Translations under genes and position numbers: made by a program
Shown: piece by piece, positions 42,163-53,191 of the stretch
Position numbering within the stretch: the first letter of the stretch is position 1
Layout: each line of letters starts with the position of its first letter
Notes under the pieces: model-generated
Told to the model about the DNA's origin: nothing
Seen by the model: only the letters and a program-made list of their open reading frames with translations
The model's database searches: none
Source: Chitinophagales bacterium
GTDB taxonomy: Bacteria > Bacteroidota > Bacteroidia > Chitinophagales > Chitinophagaceae
NCBI GenBank assembly: GCA_017303335.1
Contig: JAFLBK010000003.1
Coordinates: 364,291 to 428,290 of the forward strand
Reading direction: 5' to 3'
DNA length: 64,000 nucleotides

Positions 42163-44358
42163 TTAGCGCAGGAATAACAGTTCCCGGTATTTAGGCAGCA
42201 GCCAGTAGGAATCATCCACCAGCAATTCGAGTTTATCCACGTGGTAGCGGATCACATCGAAGTACTTACCCTTTACATGATCGCAATAGGCCACGGCTTT
42301 ATCCCGGGTATTCCCGATGTCATTGGCCTTCTTGCGTTCTTCGATCATCTTCTCCACGTTGTCGCTGATCTCGTTGATGTGGGTACTGATGGCTTCCAGC
42401 ACCTGCTTCTGGTTCGCGTAAGACGCTTCTGCCAGTCCGAGTTCTTTCAGTCCTTTTATATTACTGATAAGCACATTCTGGTACTTCACCGCCGAAGGCA
42501 GGATGAAGGTGGTGGCCAGGTCGCCCATCACCCTTGCTTCGATCTGTACTTTCTTGATGTACGATTCGAGCATGATCTCGTGGCGGGCTTCCAGTTCGGC
42601 GTGATTGTATATCTCGTTCTCTTCAAAAAGGGTTTTCGCCTTCTTGGTTACAAAGGCATCGAGGGCCTGCGGGGTTGTTTTTACATTGGGCAAACCGCGT
42701 TTCGCCGCTTCCTTCTCCCACTCTTCGCTGTACCCGTCGCCTTCGAAAAGCACTTTCTTGCTTTCCACGATGTATTTCTGGATCACCTGCATGATCGCCA
42801 CTTCTTTCTTCTCTCCTTTGTCGATCAGCGCATCCACATCCACTTTGAATTTCTTGAGCGTATCCGCCATGATCGTGTTGAGGGTGGTCATGGAGATGGC
42901 GCAGTTGGCCGATGAACCTACCGCACGGAATTCGAATTTGTTCCCGGTGAAAGCGAAAGGCGATGTGCGGTTGCGGTCGGTATTATCCAGCATCAGTTCG
43001 GGTATGCTTTTATGGATATCCAGCTTCAGCATGGCTTCATCCTGTTCGTCGAATTTGCCGGATACACGGCTTTCCACCTGGTTCAGTACTTCGCTCAGGT
43101 ATTTACCGATGAAGATCGAAATGATGGCCGGGGGCGCTTCGTTGGCGCCGAGGCGGTGATCGTTGCCCGCGCTGGCGATGGATGCACGCAACAGGTCGGC
43201 ATAATCATGTACGGCCTTGATGGTATTTACAAAGAAGGCCAGGAACATGAGATTGTTCTTCGGCGTTTTGCCGGGGGCCAGCAGGTTCACACCGGTATCG
43301 GTGGCCATGCTCCAGTTGTTGTGCTTACCGCTTCCGTTGATGCCGGCGAATGGTTTTTCATGCAGCAGGCATTTCAGTCCGTGCCGTTTTGCCACACGCT
43401 CCATCACATCCATCAGCAGGGTATTGTGGTCAACCGCGAGGTTGATCTCTTCAAATATAGGAGCGCACTCAAACTGCGCCGGGGCCACTTCATTGTGCCG
43501 GGTGCGGATGGGGATGCCGAGTTTATAACTCTCTTCCTCGAAGTCACGCATGAACGCGTATACCCTTTCCGGAATGGCGCCGAAATAATGATCCTCGAGT
43601 TGTTGTCCTTTTGCAGGCGCATGACCGAATACCGTGCGGCCGGTCAGCAGCAGATCCGGACGTGTATTGGCCAATCCGGCATCGATCAGGAAGTATTCCT
43701 GTTCCCAACCCAGGGTAGCCGTAACGCGGGTTACGTTTTTATCGAAATAATGACACACATCGGTAGCCGCCTTATCCAACGCAACCACCGCTTTGAGCAA
43801 CGGTGTTTTGGTATCGAGCGACTCACCGGTATAGGAAACAAAGATGGTGGGTATGCACAGTGTTTTTCCCTGGCCGATCTCCATGATGAATGGTGGAGAA
43901 GAAGGATCCCAGGCGGTATAGCCCCTGGCTTCGAAAGTGGCCCGCAATCCGCCGCTCGGAAATGAGGAAGCGTCGGGTTCCTGTTGTATCAGTGCGCCAC
44001 CGTCGAATTCTTCAATGGCGGTACCATCGGATTTCAGGGTGAAGAAAGAATCGTGCTTTTCAGCGGAAAGGCCGGTAAGCGGCTGGAACCAGTGGGTGAA
44101 ATGGGTTACGCCCTTGCTTTCGGACCAGGCCCGGATGCCATTGGCGATCTGCGAGCCCATGTTGCGGTCGATCTTTTTACCCCCCCTGATAGAAGCTACC
44201 AGGCTTTTGTAGGCCTCATCGCTCAGGTATTTACGGGCAACCTGCAGCGTAAATACATTTTCATTGAAGATGGCCGTGATCTTGGCCGAGCCTTCCACTT
44301 TTACTTTAGGAAGACCTTTGCTCAGGTTATCCAATGCCTTAAACCGTAAAGATTCCAT
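42163..44358 (-). CDS. glnN: Glutamine synthetase type III
   Basis: 731 aa, the length and sequence pattern of GSIII (MESLRFKALDN..., THFTHWFQPLTG..., NGSGKHNNWS, NRTSPFAFTGNKFEFRAVGSS). Confidence 0.9.
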   Translation of the reverse strand: MESLRFKALDNLSKGLPKVKVEGSAKITAIFNENVFTLQVARKYLSDEAYKSLVASIRGGKKIDRNMGSQIANGIRAWSESKGVTHFTHWFQPLTGLSAEKHDSFFTLKSDGTAIEEFDGGALIQQEPDASSFPSGGLRATFEARGYTAWDPSSPPFIMEIGQGKTLCIPTIFVSYTGESLDTKTPLLKAVVALDKAATDVCHYFDKNVTRVTATLGWEQEYFLIDAGLANTRPDLLLTGRTVFGHAPAKGQQLEDHYFGAIPERVYAFMRDFEEESYKLGIPIRTRHNEVAPAQFECAPIFEEINLAVDHNTLLMDVMERVAKRHGLKCLLHEKPFAGINGSGKHNNWSMATDTGVNLLAPGKTPKNNLMFLAFFVNTIKAVHDYADLLRASIASAGNDHRLGANEAPPAIISIFIGKYLSEVLNQVESRVSGKFDEQDEAMLKLDIHKSIPELMLDNTDRNRTSPFAFTGNKFEFRAVGSSANCAISMTTLNTIMADTLKKFKVDVDALIDKGEKKEVAIMQVIQKYIVESKKVLFEGDGYSEEWEKEAAKRGLPNVKTTPQALDAFVTKKAKTLFEENEIYNHAELEARHEIMLESYIKKVQIEARVMGDLATTFILPSAVKYQNVLISNIKGLKELGLAEASYANQKQVLEAISTHINEISDNVEKMIEERKKANDIGNTRDKAVAYCDHVKGKYFDVIRYHVDKLELLVDDSYWLLPKYRELLFLR

Positions 44359-44470
44359 GTTTTATCAATTTTAAGGCACAAAAAAACATTAAATAATTAC
44401 ATAAAACAAGATTTTTGGTCGATTTTTTAAAAAATGAGCAATGATAAACGGAAAAATAGTCACATAAAAT

Positions 44471-45730
44471 TTATCGTAATGTTTTTAGCCGATGCCAATC
44501 AAACGAACACAAAACCGGGGTGATCAGGAAGGGAAAATAAAGGCTTCTGTACCGTACGATGGCACCCAGGTAAGGAACAATAAACCCGATAAGCAACAGG
44601 ATACCCAGGCAAAAAAAGAGCGAAAAAAGGATGAAGGGATGAGCCAGCCGGGGTGAATCTTTACGGCGGAAAAAGATAAAAAGCAAGACCAGCAACTCGT
44701 AGAAAAGCAATTCAACCGCAAAAGGCAGCATCGAGCTGGTTGGGAGATCCCAGAGATACGGACGGAATGCGGCATGCTCAAGCGCCTGCGGGGCATTCAA
44801 CGCGAAGCTTGCCAGGTTGGGCTCCAGGTCATGTACCGGGATCCGGGTTTCGGCATTACCAAGATGCTTATAATCCGCCTGCTTCTGAACAACCACCTCC
44901 AGCGGGTTCAGTTTCCCCTGCGTGAGTGTGGATACCGCAACAACCAGGATAGCCGCCAGCAGGAATACAGAAAGAAATACCAGGTACGGATTCCATTTCG
45001 AACGAACAGCGATCACCCAGGCCAGTGCTGCCGGTATAAAGACGAGGCAGGTATAACTTCGAACCAGGAAAAGCATCCCGAGGCCAAAAAGACCATACAG
45101 AATCCGCCGGCCAGTGAACCTGTTTTTCTGCAGGCTCTGGTAGATGCTGTACAACATAACCGCCAGCATGAGAAAGACAATGCCATCCTTGTGTACACCC
45201 GACGAAAAATAAAGCAGGGAAGGAAGCAGGAAACAACCGATGACCGTCTCCCATTTCTTACCCGGATAAAGCTGTATGAAGAGCCTGTAAAGAAGCACAT
45301 GACCGAAGAAGACAAGAAAATTGAAGAAAAGACTATTGATATAATAATCGCCCCTGCTCAGGATGTTGAACAGCGAGAGCAGCTTGATGACCACATTCCC
45401 CCGCAGGTCGTTCCAATAAGAATCATGAGAACTGAACACACCGCCATAGCCTCTTTCGTATCCCGAAGTAAACAGGTTGGCAAGATAGGCCCGGGGATCG
45501 TGCAGCAGCAATTGGTATTCATTCCAGGATTCCCGGTTGAAATCCCAGTAGTCATTGGCGCTGCCGTAATAATGAATCGATATCCACCCTACCGCGATGC
45601 CCGCGGCCACTTTGACCAGGAACAGCCCGATGAGCGTCTTGTTGCCGATCCCCGAATTTTTAAGGAAGGGAATCTTCAGCAACAACCAGCTCAACGCAAA
45701 CAGGTATATGGTAAACAGCAGGTAATTCAA
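44471..45730 (-). CDS. Hypothetical polytopic membrane protein (at least 10 TM segments)
   Basis: 419 aa, strongly hydrophobic throughout. No catalytic motif recognised. The 358-aa + strand ORF here is its antisense shadow. Confidence 0.7.
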   Translation of the reverse strand: MNYLLFTIYLFALSWLLLKIPFLKNSGIGNKTLIGLFLVKVAAGIAVGWISIHYYGSANDYWDFNRESWNEYQLLLHDPRAYLANLFTSGYERGYGGVFSSHDSYWNDLRGNVVIKLLSLFNILSRGDYYINSLFFNFLVFFGHVLLYRLFIQLYPGKKWETVIGCFLLPSLLYFSSGVHKDGIVFLMLAVMLYSIYQSLQKNRFTGRRILYGLFGLGMLFLVRSYTCLVFIPAALAWVIAVRSKWNPYLVFLSVFLLAAILVVAVSTLTQGKLNPLEVVVQKQADYKHLGNAETRIPVHDLEPNLASFALNAPQALEHAAFRPYLWDLPTSSMLPFAVELLFYELLVLLFIFFRRKDSPRLAHPFILFSLFFCLGILLLIGFIVPYLGAIVRYRSLYFPFLITPVLCSFDWHRLKTLR

Positions 45731-45803
45731 CCGTTCTTTTTTTGCTGTGGGAAGATAGTTAAAATAATTGCTTGGTGCCGAAGGATAAGAACGGGTCAGT
45801 TGT

Positions 45804-45811
45804 TACCTTTG
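45804..45811 (+). promoter_or_regulatory. -7 box (TACCTTTG) upstream of purL
   Basis: Exact TAnnTTTG, 112 nt before ATG 45923. Confidence 0.45.
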
Positions 45812-45828
45812 CGCTTTGATGGCTTATC

Positions 45829-45922
45829 GTTCATGGCGTATGGTTCATAGCAGATCTTTTATGGCTGAATACTCTGCTGCATATGCTACGAACCATGAAC
45901 CATGAACTACAGACCAAAACAT
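45829..45922 (+). repeat. Inverted heptamer arrays (GTTCATG / ATGAACC) in the purL leader
   Basis: 45829..45849 gttcatg|gcgtatg|gttcata. 45888..45922 acgaacc|atgaacc|atgaact|acagacc|aaaacat, then ATG. 16 of 20 positions of 45829..45848 are complementary to 45888..45907. Confidence 0.8.
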
Positions 45923-48163
45923 ATGGAAATAACGGCAAAAACCGCAGAACAGCTCCGGCTTACCGCTGAAGAATTTGAACTCATTCAACAAAAACTCGGG
46001 CGCCTGCCCAACTTCACCGAACTCTGCTGTTTCAGCGCCATGTGGAGCGAACACTGCAGTTATAAGAACTCCATCAAATGGCTGAAGACCCTGCCCCGTG
46101 AAGGAAAGAAGATGCTGGTTAAAGCCGGTGAAGAAAATGCGGGCCTGATGGATATCGGCGACGGGTACGGCGTCGTTTTCAAGATCGAATCGCACAACCA
46201 CCCTTCCGCCATCGAACCCTTCCAGGGCGCCGCTACCGGCGTGGGCGGCATCAACCGCGATATATTCACCATGGGCGCACGCCCCATCGCTTCATTGAAT
46301 TCACTGCGCTTTGGTAAACTCACCGAAGCGAAGACCCAGCACCTGCTCGCAGGTGTGGTGCACGGCATCGGCCATTACGGCAACTGTTTCGGCGTACCAA
46401 CCGTTGGCGGCGAGGTCTATTTCGAAGAATGTTATCATACCAACCCGCTCGTGAATGCCATGAGCGTTGGCATTGTAAAGAACGGTGAAACCGTTTCGGC
46501 CACCGCCGAAGGAACCGGCAACCCGGTCTTTTTTGTAGGAAGCGCCACGGGCAAAGATGGTATCGGGGGCGCCAGTTTCGCCTCGGCCGATATCACCGAA
46601 GACAGCGCCGAAGACCTTCCGGCCGTTCAGGTGGGCGATCCCTTCCAGGAAAAAAAATTGCTGGAAGCCTGCCTGGAAGTGATCAAAACCGGCGCGGTGG
46701 TAGGCATGCAGGACATGGGTGCGGCGGGTATCATCTGCTCTACCTCCGAAATGAGCGCCAAAGGAAACGCGGGTATGCGTATCGACCTCGACAAAGTACC
46801 CACCCGGCAAAAAGACATGAAGGCCTGGGAACTGCTGCTCAGCGAAAGCCAGGAGCGCATGCTGCTGGTTGCCGAAAAAGGAAAAGAACAACTTGTGCTG
46901 GATGTATTCAAAAAATGGGACCTCCCCTGCAGCGAGATCGGCGAAGTAACCCAGGATGGCATGCTGCGCTTTTACATGCACGGCATCCTCGAAGCGGAAA
47001 TACCTGCACACGAACTGGTGCTCGGCGGCGGCGCCCCGCAGAATACCCGCGAATACCGCGAACCGGCATACCTGGAAAAGATCAAGGTATTCAACATCGA
47101 CAGCATTCCGGTTCCTGCCGACCTGAAAGCCGTAGCCGAAAAAATTATTCAAATACCCAACATAGCCAGCAAGCGCTGGATCTATGTTCAGTACGACAGC
47201 ATGGTAGGCACCGGCAATGCCAGCACCAACGCCCCGAGCGACGCGGCCATCGTGGTGGCCAAACCTACCAGCAAAGCATTGGCGCTGACAACAGACTGCA
47301 ACAGCCGTTACGTATTTGCCGATCCCTACAAGGGCGCCATGATCGCCGTGGCGGAAGCGGCACGGAATATTGTCTGCAGCGGCGGACAGCCACTCGGCGT
47401 TACCAACTGCCTCAACTTCGGCAATCCGTTCGACCCGGAAGTATATTACCAGTTCGTACATGCCATCAAAGGCATGGGCGAGGCTTGTATCAAATTCGAT
47501 ACGCCGGTTACTGGTGGCAATGTGAGTTTTTATAACCAGGGACCGGATGGCGCCGTGTACCCCACGCCTACGATCGGCATGGTGGGCCTGCTGGAATCGG
47601 CGGGCGACAAGATGACCATGGATTTCAAACAGGAAGACGATGAGATCTACCTCGTAGGAACGCAGCGCAACGATATCAACGCGTCTGAATACCTGCACAA
47701 AGTACACGGGGTGGAATATTCACCCGCTCCCTATTTCAATCTTACCGAAGAATTCGACGTACAGGCGGAGATCAAAAAGATGATCCATAAAAAACTCATC
47801 AACTCGGCGCACGATGTGAGCGAAGGCGGCTTGTTCATCACACTCATGGAAAGCTGTTTTAACCGCAATACCGGATTTTCTGTAGAGGCGGCCTACAATG
47901 ATATCCGCCCCGACGCGTATTGGTTCGGCGAAAGCCAGAGCCGCGTTGTGGTCAGCGTTTCCAAGGAGAACCGCAACGACTTCAACATGCTGCTCGAAAA
48001 GATGGAGATGACCGTTGCCTACCTGGGTACGGTTACATCAGGAAATATCCGCATCAACGGCGAAGACTGGGGCAATGTGAACGAATGGAAAAACAAATAC
48101 GAAAATGCCATTGCAAACCTGCTGGCCGGGCATGAGAGTGAACACGCATTAACGGCTTTGTAA
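45923..48163 (+). CDS. purL: Phosphoribosylformylglycinamidine synthase subunit PurL
   Basis: LTAEEFELIQQKLGRLPNFTELCCFSAMWSEHCSYK..., GGINRD, two AIR-synthase-like repeats. An alternative in-frame ATG at 45902 lies inside the heptamer array. Confidence 0.92.
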   Translation: MEITAKTAEQLRLTAEEFELIQQKLGRLPNFTELCCFSAMWSEHCSYKNSIKWLKTLPREGKKMLVKAGEENAGLMDIGDGYGVVFKIESHNHPSAIEPFQGAATGVGGINRDIFTMGARPIASLNSLRFGKLTEAKTQHLLAGVVHGIGHYGNCFGVPTVGGEVYFEECYHTNPLVNAMSVGIVKNGETVSATAEGTGNPVFFVGSATGKDGIGGASFASADITEDSAEDLPAVQVGDPFQEKKLLEACLEVIKTGAVVGMQDMGAAGIICSTSEMSAKGNAGMRIDLDKVPTRQKDMKAWELLLSESQERMLLVAEKGKEQLVLDVFKKWDLPCSEIGEVTQDGMLRFYMHGILEAEIPAHELVLGGGAPQNTREYREPAYLEKIKVFNIDSIPVPADLKAVAEKIIQIPNIASKRWIYVQYDSMVGTGNASTNAPSDAAIVVAKPTSKALALTTDCNSRYVFADPYKGAMIAVAEAARNIVCSGGQPLGVTNCLNFGNPFDPEVYYQFVHAIKGMGEACIKFDTPVTGGNVSFYNQGPDGAVYPTPTIGMVGLLESAGDKMTMDFKQEDDEIYLVGTQRNDINASEYLHKVHGVEYSPAPYFNLTEEFDVQAEIKKMIHKKLINSAHDVSEGGLFITLMESCFNRNTGFSVEAAYNDIRPDAYWFGESQSRVVVSVSKENRNDFNMLLEKMEMTVAYLGTVTSGNIRINGEDWGNVNEWKNKYENAIANLLAGHESEHALTAL

Positions 48164-48165
48164 AA

Positions 48166-49149
48166 ATGATCAACAGCAATTCAACCATCATCGTCACCGG
48201 CGCAGCCGGCTTCATCGGAAGCTGCATGGTGAGTTATCTCAACCGGCAGGGATTCGAAAAACTCATTCTCGTGGATGAATTCGACGACGAGGAAAAGGAA
48301 CTCAACCTCCTCCACAAAAAATACATCGTACGGGTGGAACGGGAAGATTTCTTCGGCTGGGTGCAAAAAGAAAAACCGACCGTCGATTTTGTGTTCCACC
48401 TCGGCGCCCGTACCGATACCACCGAATTCGATTACTCCGTGCACCAGCGCCTGAACGTGGAGTACTCGCAAAAAATGTGGAACTACTGTGCCATGCACAA
48501 TATCCCGCTGGTGTATGCCTCTTCGGCTGCCACCTACGGCGAAGGCGAATTGGGATACGACGACAGCCACGACATCATCGAGCAACTCCATCCTCTCAAC
48601 CCTTACGGCATCTCTAAAAACGAATTCGATAAATGGGTGCTGCACCAGGATTGCCATCCCCCCTTCTGGGCCGGCTTGAAATTCTTCAATGTGTATGGCC
48701 CCAACGAATACCACAAGGCCCGTATGGCCAGTGTGATCTTTCACTCCTACAACCAGATCAAACAAAACGGGAAGGTAAAATTGTTCCGTTCGCACAAAGA
48801 GGGCTACGAAGACGGCGAACAACTGCGTGACTTTGTGTATGTAAAAGACGTGATCGCCGTTTGCTACTGGCTGATGGAACATCAACCGGCATCCGCCATC
48901 TACAATTTAGGCACCGGCCAGGCCCGCAGTTTCAACGACCTGGTGAAATCCACCTTTGCCGGACTCGACATGCAACCCAGCATCGAATACATCGACATGC
49001 CCGCAGATATCCGCGACAAATACCAGTATTTCACCGAAGCCAATATGGATAAACTGCGTAAGGCAGGATACAAGGATGAATTCTATTCGCTGGAAAAAGG
49101 CGTAGACGATTACGTGCGGAATTACCTGGCGAAGAATGATTTTTATTAA
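48166..49149 (+). CDS. hldD: ADP-L-glycero-D-manno-heptose 6-epimerase
   Basis: IIVTGAAGFIGS, YASSAATYG, NPYGISK, FFNVYGPNEYHKARMASVIFH are typical of HldD/RfaD. Confidence 0.75.
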   Translation: MINSNSTIIVTGAAGFIGSCMVSYLNRQGFEKLILVDEFDDEEKELNLLHKKYIVRVEREDFFGWVQKEKPTVDFVFHLGARTDTTEFDYSVHQRLNVEYSQKMWNYCAMHNIPLVYASSAATYGEGELGYDDSHDIIEQLHPLNPYGISKNEFDKWVLHQDCHPPFWAGLKFFNVYGPNEYHKARMASVIFHSYNQIKQNGKVKLFRSHKEGYEDGEQLRDFVYVKDVIAVCYWLMEHQPASAIYNLGTGQARSFNDLVKSTFAGLDMQPSIEYIDMPADIRDKYQYFTEANMDKLRKAGYKDEFYSLEKGVDDYVRNYLAKNDFY

Positions 49150-49240
49150 TATACGACAACATACGGATCCGGACTATCCTTTTTCTACCCGGACTCACTA
49201 AAAAAATCTGGTCAAATTTCGTCCTCCGGGATATTCCACC

Positions 49241-49248
49241 TATCTTTG
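49241..49248 (+). promoter_or_regulatory. -7 box (TATCTTTG) upstream of pyrG
   Basis: Exact TAnnTTTG, 101 nt before ATG 49349. Confidence 0.45.
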
Positions 49249-49297
49249 CATGACCGCTAAGATTTTATCCCGAAAATTTTCCTGGTCATATTCTTAA

Positions 49298-50998
<1,701 letters not shown>

Positions 50999-51009
50999 GT
51001 AATTCAAAC

Positions 51010-51067
51010 GTGAAAAGGCAAAAGCGAAAAGTGTCCGGGTTTTGGGGTTTCACATTTTACTTTTGCG
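51010..51067. repeat. Inverted GAAAAG / CTTTTG word arrays forming an imperfect hairpin
   Basis: gtgaaaag|gcaaaag|cgaaaag|tgtccgg|gttttgg|ggtttca|cattttac|ttttgcg. The left arm gcaaaagcgaaaagtg matches the reverse complement of cacattttacttttgc at 12 of 16 positions. Confidence 0.7.
51058..51065 (+). promoter_or_regulatory. -7 box (TACTTTTG) upstream of the TrmH-family gene
   Basis: Exact TAnnTTTG, only 12 nt before ATG 51077. Confidence 0.35.
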
Positions 51068-51076
51068 TTGCTGATT

Positions 51077-51616
51077 ATGCGTAAACTTTCCATGGCAGAG
51101 TTGAACCGGAAGTCGGTAGCGGAATTCAAACGTTCCGAGAAGATACCCGTGATCGCGGTGCTGGAAAATATCCGCAGCGCCTACAATGTAGGCAGCGTGT
51201 TCCGTACGGCCGACGCCTTTTTACTGAACGCCATTTACATCACGGGCTATACCTGTACGCCCCCGCATAAGGAAATAAAGAAAACGGCCCTGGGCGCCGA
51301 AGATTCAGTCGACTGGAAACATTTTCCCAACGCCAAGGAAGCGATCAACGCACTGCGGGAAGAAGGATATAATGTATACGCGGTGGAACAGGCCCTGAAC
51401 AGCTGCATGCTTCAGCAGGTGGATTTCAAGCCGGATGAAAAAATTGCGGTGATCTTCGGCAATGAAGTAACCGGGGTGGAACAGGATACCATCCTTCAAT
51501 GCGATGGCTGCATCGAGATCCCGCAACTGGGTATGAAGCATTCGCTGAACATTGCCACCGCGGCCGGTGTTGTGCTGTGGGAACTGGTGCGCAAGCATAT
51601 CATAGTTCAGCATTGA
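51077..51616 (+). CDS. TrmH/SpoU-family RNA 2'-O-methyltransferase
   Basis: ORF 51068 (TTG)..51616 with ATG at 51077. NIRSAYNVGSVFRTADAF, IFGNEVTGV, IPQLGMKHSLNIATAAGVVLWE motifs. Confidence 0.8.
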   Translation: MRKLSMAELNRKSVAEFKRSEKIPVIAVLENIRSAYNVGSVFRTADAFLLNAIYITGYTCTPPHKEIKKTALGAEDSVDWKHFPNAKEAINALREEGYNVYAVEQALNSCMLQQVDFKPDEKIAVIFGNEVTGVEQDTILQCDGCIEIPQLGMKHSLNIATAAGVVLWELVRKHIIVQH

Positions 51617-51651
51617 GCATTGTATTTTGAGTATTGATTATTGAACATTCG

Positions 51652-52560
51652 ATGAACGCCATAAAAAAATACCTCTCCCTCGTCAAATTCGCCCATACCA
51701 TCTTTGCGATGCCCTTTGCGCTGATCGGCTTTTTCCTTGCGGCAAAAGAAACCATACTGATCGCAATGACCAATTCGTATAGGGATTTTGTCAGGGTCGA
51801 GAATCCCAGGTCACTATGGCTTACTTTACTCCTTATCATTCTCTGCATGGTCTTCGCCCGTTCGGCTGCCATGGCTTTCAACCGCTGGCTGGATAAGAAC
51901 TTCGATGCGAAGAATCCCCGAACTGCGATCCGGGAGATACCGGCGGGTATCATCAAGGCGAACAGCGCTTTGCTCTTCGTGATCATCAATTGCCTGTTGT
52001 TCATCATTTGCTGTTATTTTATCAACCGCATCTGTTTTTATTTATCGCCCGTGGCGCTTTTTGTAATTCTTTTTTACAGTTATACAAAACGGTTCACCGC
52101 CCTGTGTCACCTGGTGCTGGGGATTGGATTAAGCCTTGCCCCCATCGGCGCATACTTAGCCGTTACCGGCGAATTTGCGCTGCTGCCGGTCCTTTTTTCT
52201 TTTGCGGTATTGTTCTGGGTAAGCGGTTTCGATATCATCTATGCCCTGCAGGATGAAGAGTTCGATAAGGAGAACAACCTGCACTCCATCCCGGCCGCAC
52301 TGGGCAAGGAGAAAGCGCTGCGGGTATCCGAACTGCTGCATATATTCTCGGCGCTGTGCGTGGTGTATGCCGGCATTCACGGCCATTTCGGTTTGTGGTA
52401 CTGGGCAGGCGTGGCTGTGTTCATGGGCTTGCTCATCTACCAGCACAGCCTGGTAAAACCCAACGACCTCAGCAAGGTGAATATGGCTTTCTTTACCGCC
52501 AATGGCATCGCCTCGGTGCTGTTTGCTGTGTTTGTGATACTGGATCTGTTTGTAAGCTAA
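51652..52560 (+). CDS. ubiA: UbiA-family 4-hydroxybenzoate polyprenyltransferase
   Basis: ORF 51634 (TTG)..52560 with ATG at 51652 (MNAIKKYLSLVKFAHTIFAMPFA). ARSAAMAFNRWLDKNFD (NxxxDxxxD-like) and YALQDEEFD motifs. About 8 TM segments. Confidence 0.75.
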   Translation: MNAIKKYLSLVKFAHTIFAMPFALIGFFLAAKETILIAMTNSYRDFVRVENPRSLWLTLLLIILCMVFARSAAMAFNRWLDKNFDAKNPRTAIREIPAGIIKANSALLFVIINCLLFIICCYFINRICFYLSPVALFVILFYSYTKRFTALCHLVLGIGLSLAPIGAYLAVTGEFALLPVLFSFAVLFWVSGFDIIYALQDEEFDKENNLHSIPAALGKEKALRVSELLHIFSALCVVYAGIHGHFGLWYWAGVAVFMGLLIYQHSLVKPNDLSKVNMAFFTANGIASVLFAVFVILDLFVS

Positions 52561-52620
52561 TGGATCATCGACCAGAAAAATAATTGGCTGCGGTAATGAA
52601 TGATCCCATAAACATTATCC

Positions 52621-52669
52621 ATGAACTATGAACCATCAATCATGAACCATGAACCCTTAACCATCATCC
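52621..52669 (+). repeat. Degenerate tandem heptamer array (7 x 7 nt) ending 4 nt before the ruvX start
   Basis: atgaact|atgaacc|atcaatc|atgaacc|atgaacc|cttaacc|atcatcc, then aacc + ATG(52674). Confidence 0.88.
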
Positions 52670-52673
52670 AACC

Positions 52674-53087
52674 ATGCCCCGCATCCTTGCCATAGACTAT
52701 GGAGGTAAACGCACCGGACTGGCCGTTACCGATCCCCTCAAGATCATTGCCACCGGGCTGGAAACGATCGAATCCAGGGACCTGATCGCCTGGTTGAAAA
52801 ACTATCTTTCCCGGGAAGAAGTGGAACTGATCATCATCGGGCTCCCGAAAAACTGGGATGAGTCGGATACCCATGCCACGCCCCTGGTGGAAGCGGCCAT
52901 CAAAAAAATACAGAAGGAATTTCCATCGATGGCCATCAAAACCGTGGACGAACGCTATACATCCAAAATGGCGAAAGACGCCATGCTGGAAATGGGCATG
53001 AAGAAAAAAGACCGGCGGGATAAGAAGAATGTAGACCTCATCGCGGCCACCATTATCCTGCAGGAATACCTCCAGGCAACCAACTGA
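52674..53087 (+). CDS. ruvX: Holliday junction resolvase-like protein RuvX (YqgF)
   Basis: MPRILAIDYGGKRTGLAVTD...IIIGLPKN...DERYTS, 137 aa. Confidence 0.9.
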   Translation: MPRILAIDYGGKRTGLAVTDPLKIIATGLETIESRDLIAWLKNYLSREEVELIIIGLPKNWDESDTHATPLVEAAIKKIQKEFPSMAIKTVDERYTSKMAKDAMLEMGMKKKDRRDKKNVDLIAATIILQEYLQATN

Positions 53088-53126
53088 TTGTTTCGCCCTC
53101 CGAATTGCCGAATGAACGATATGCGT

Positions 53127-53134
53127 TAATTTTG
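53127..53134 (+). promoter_or_regulatory. -7 box (TAATTTTG) upstream of def
   Basis: Exact TAnnTTTG, 67 nt before ATG 53201. The heptamer array lies between the box and the start codon. Confidence 0.45.
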
Positions 53135-53142
53135 ACCCGTTG

Positions 53143-53191
53143 ATGGATCATGGATCATGGATCATCAACTATCAACTATTAATATTCAATC
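53143..53191 (+). repeat. Degenerate tandem heptamer array (7 x 7 nt) ending 9 nt before the def start
   Basis: atggatc|atggatc|atggatc|atcaact|atcaact|attaata|ttcaatc, then aacccagga + ATG(53201). Confidence 0.88.

Noticed and set aside
43012-45850. Long + strand ORFs (317 aa and 358 aa) opposite the GSIII gene and the polytopic membrane gene
   Set aside because: The minus-strand products are a full-length GSIII and a coherent multi-TM protein. The + strand translations have no features.
46301-47707. 468-aa minus-strand ORF inside purL
   Set aside because: It is antisense to an unambiguous PurL sequence and has no recognisable domain.
52621-53191. Possibility that the short tandem arrays are CRISPR arrays
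   Set aside because: The units are only 7-8 nt, directly abutting with no spacers, and degenerate. No cas genes are in the window.
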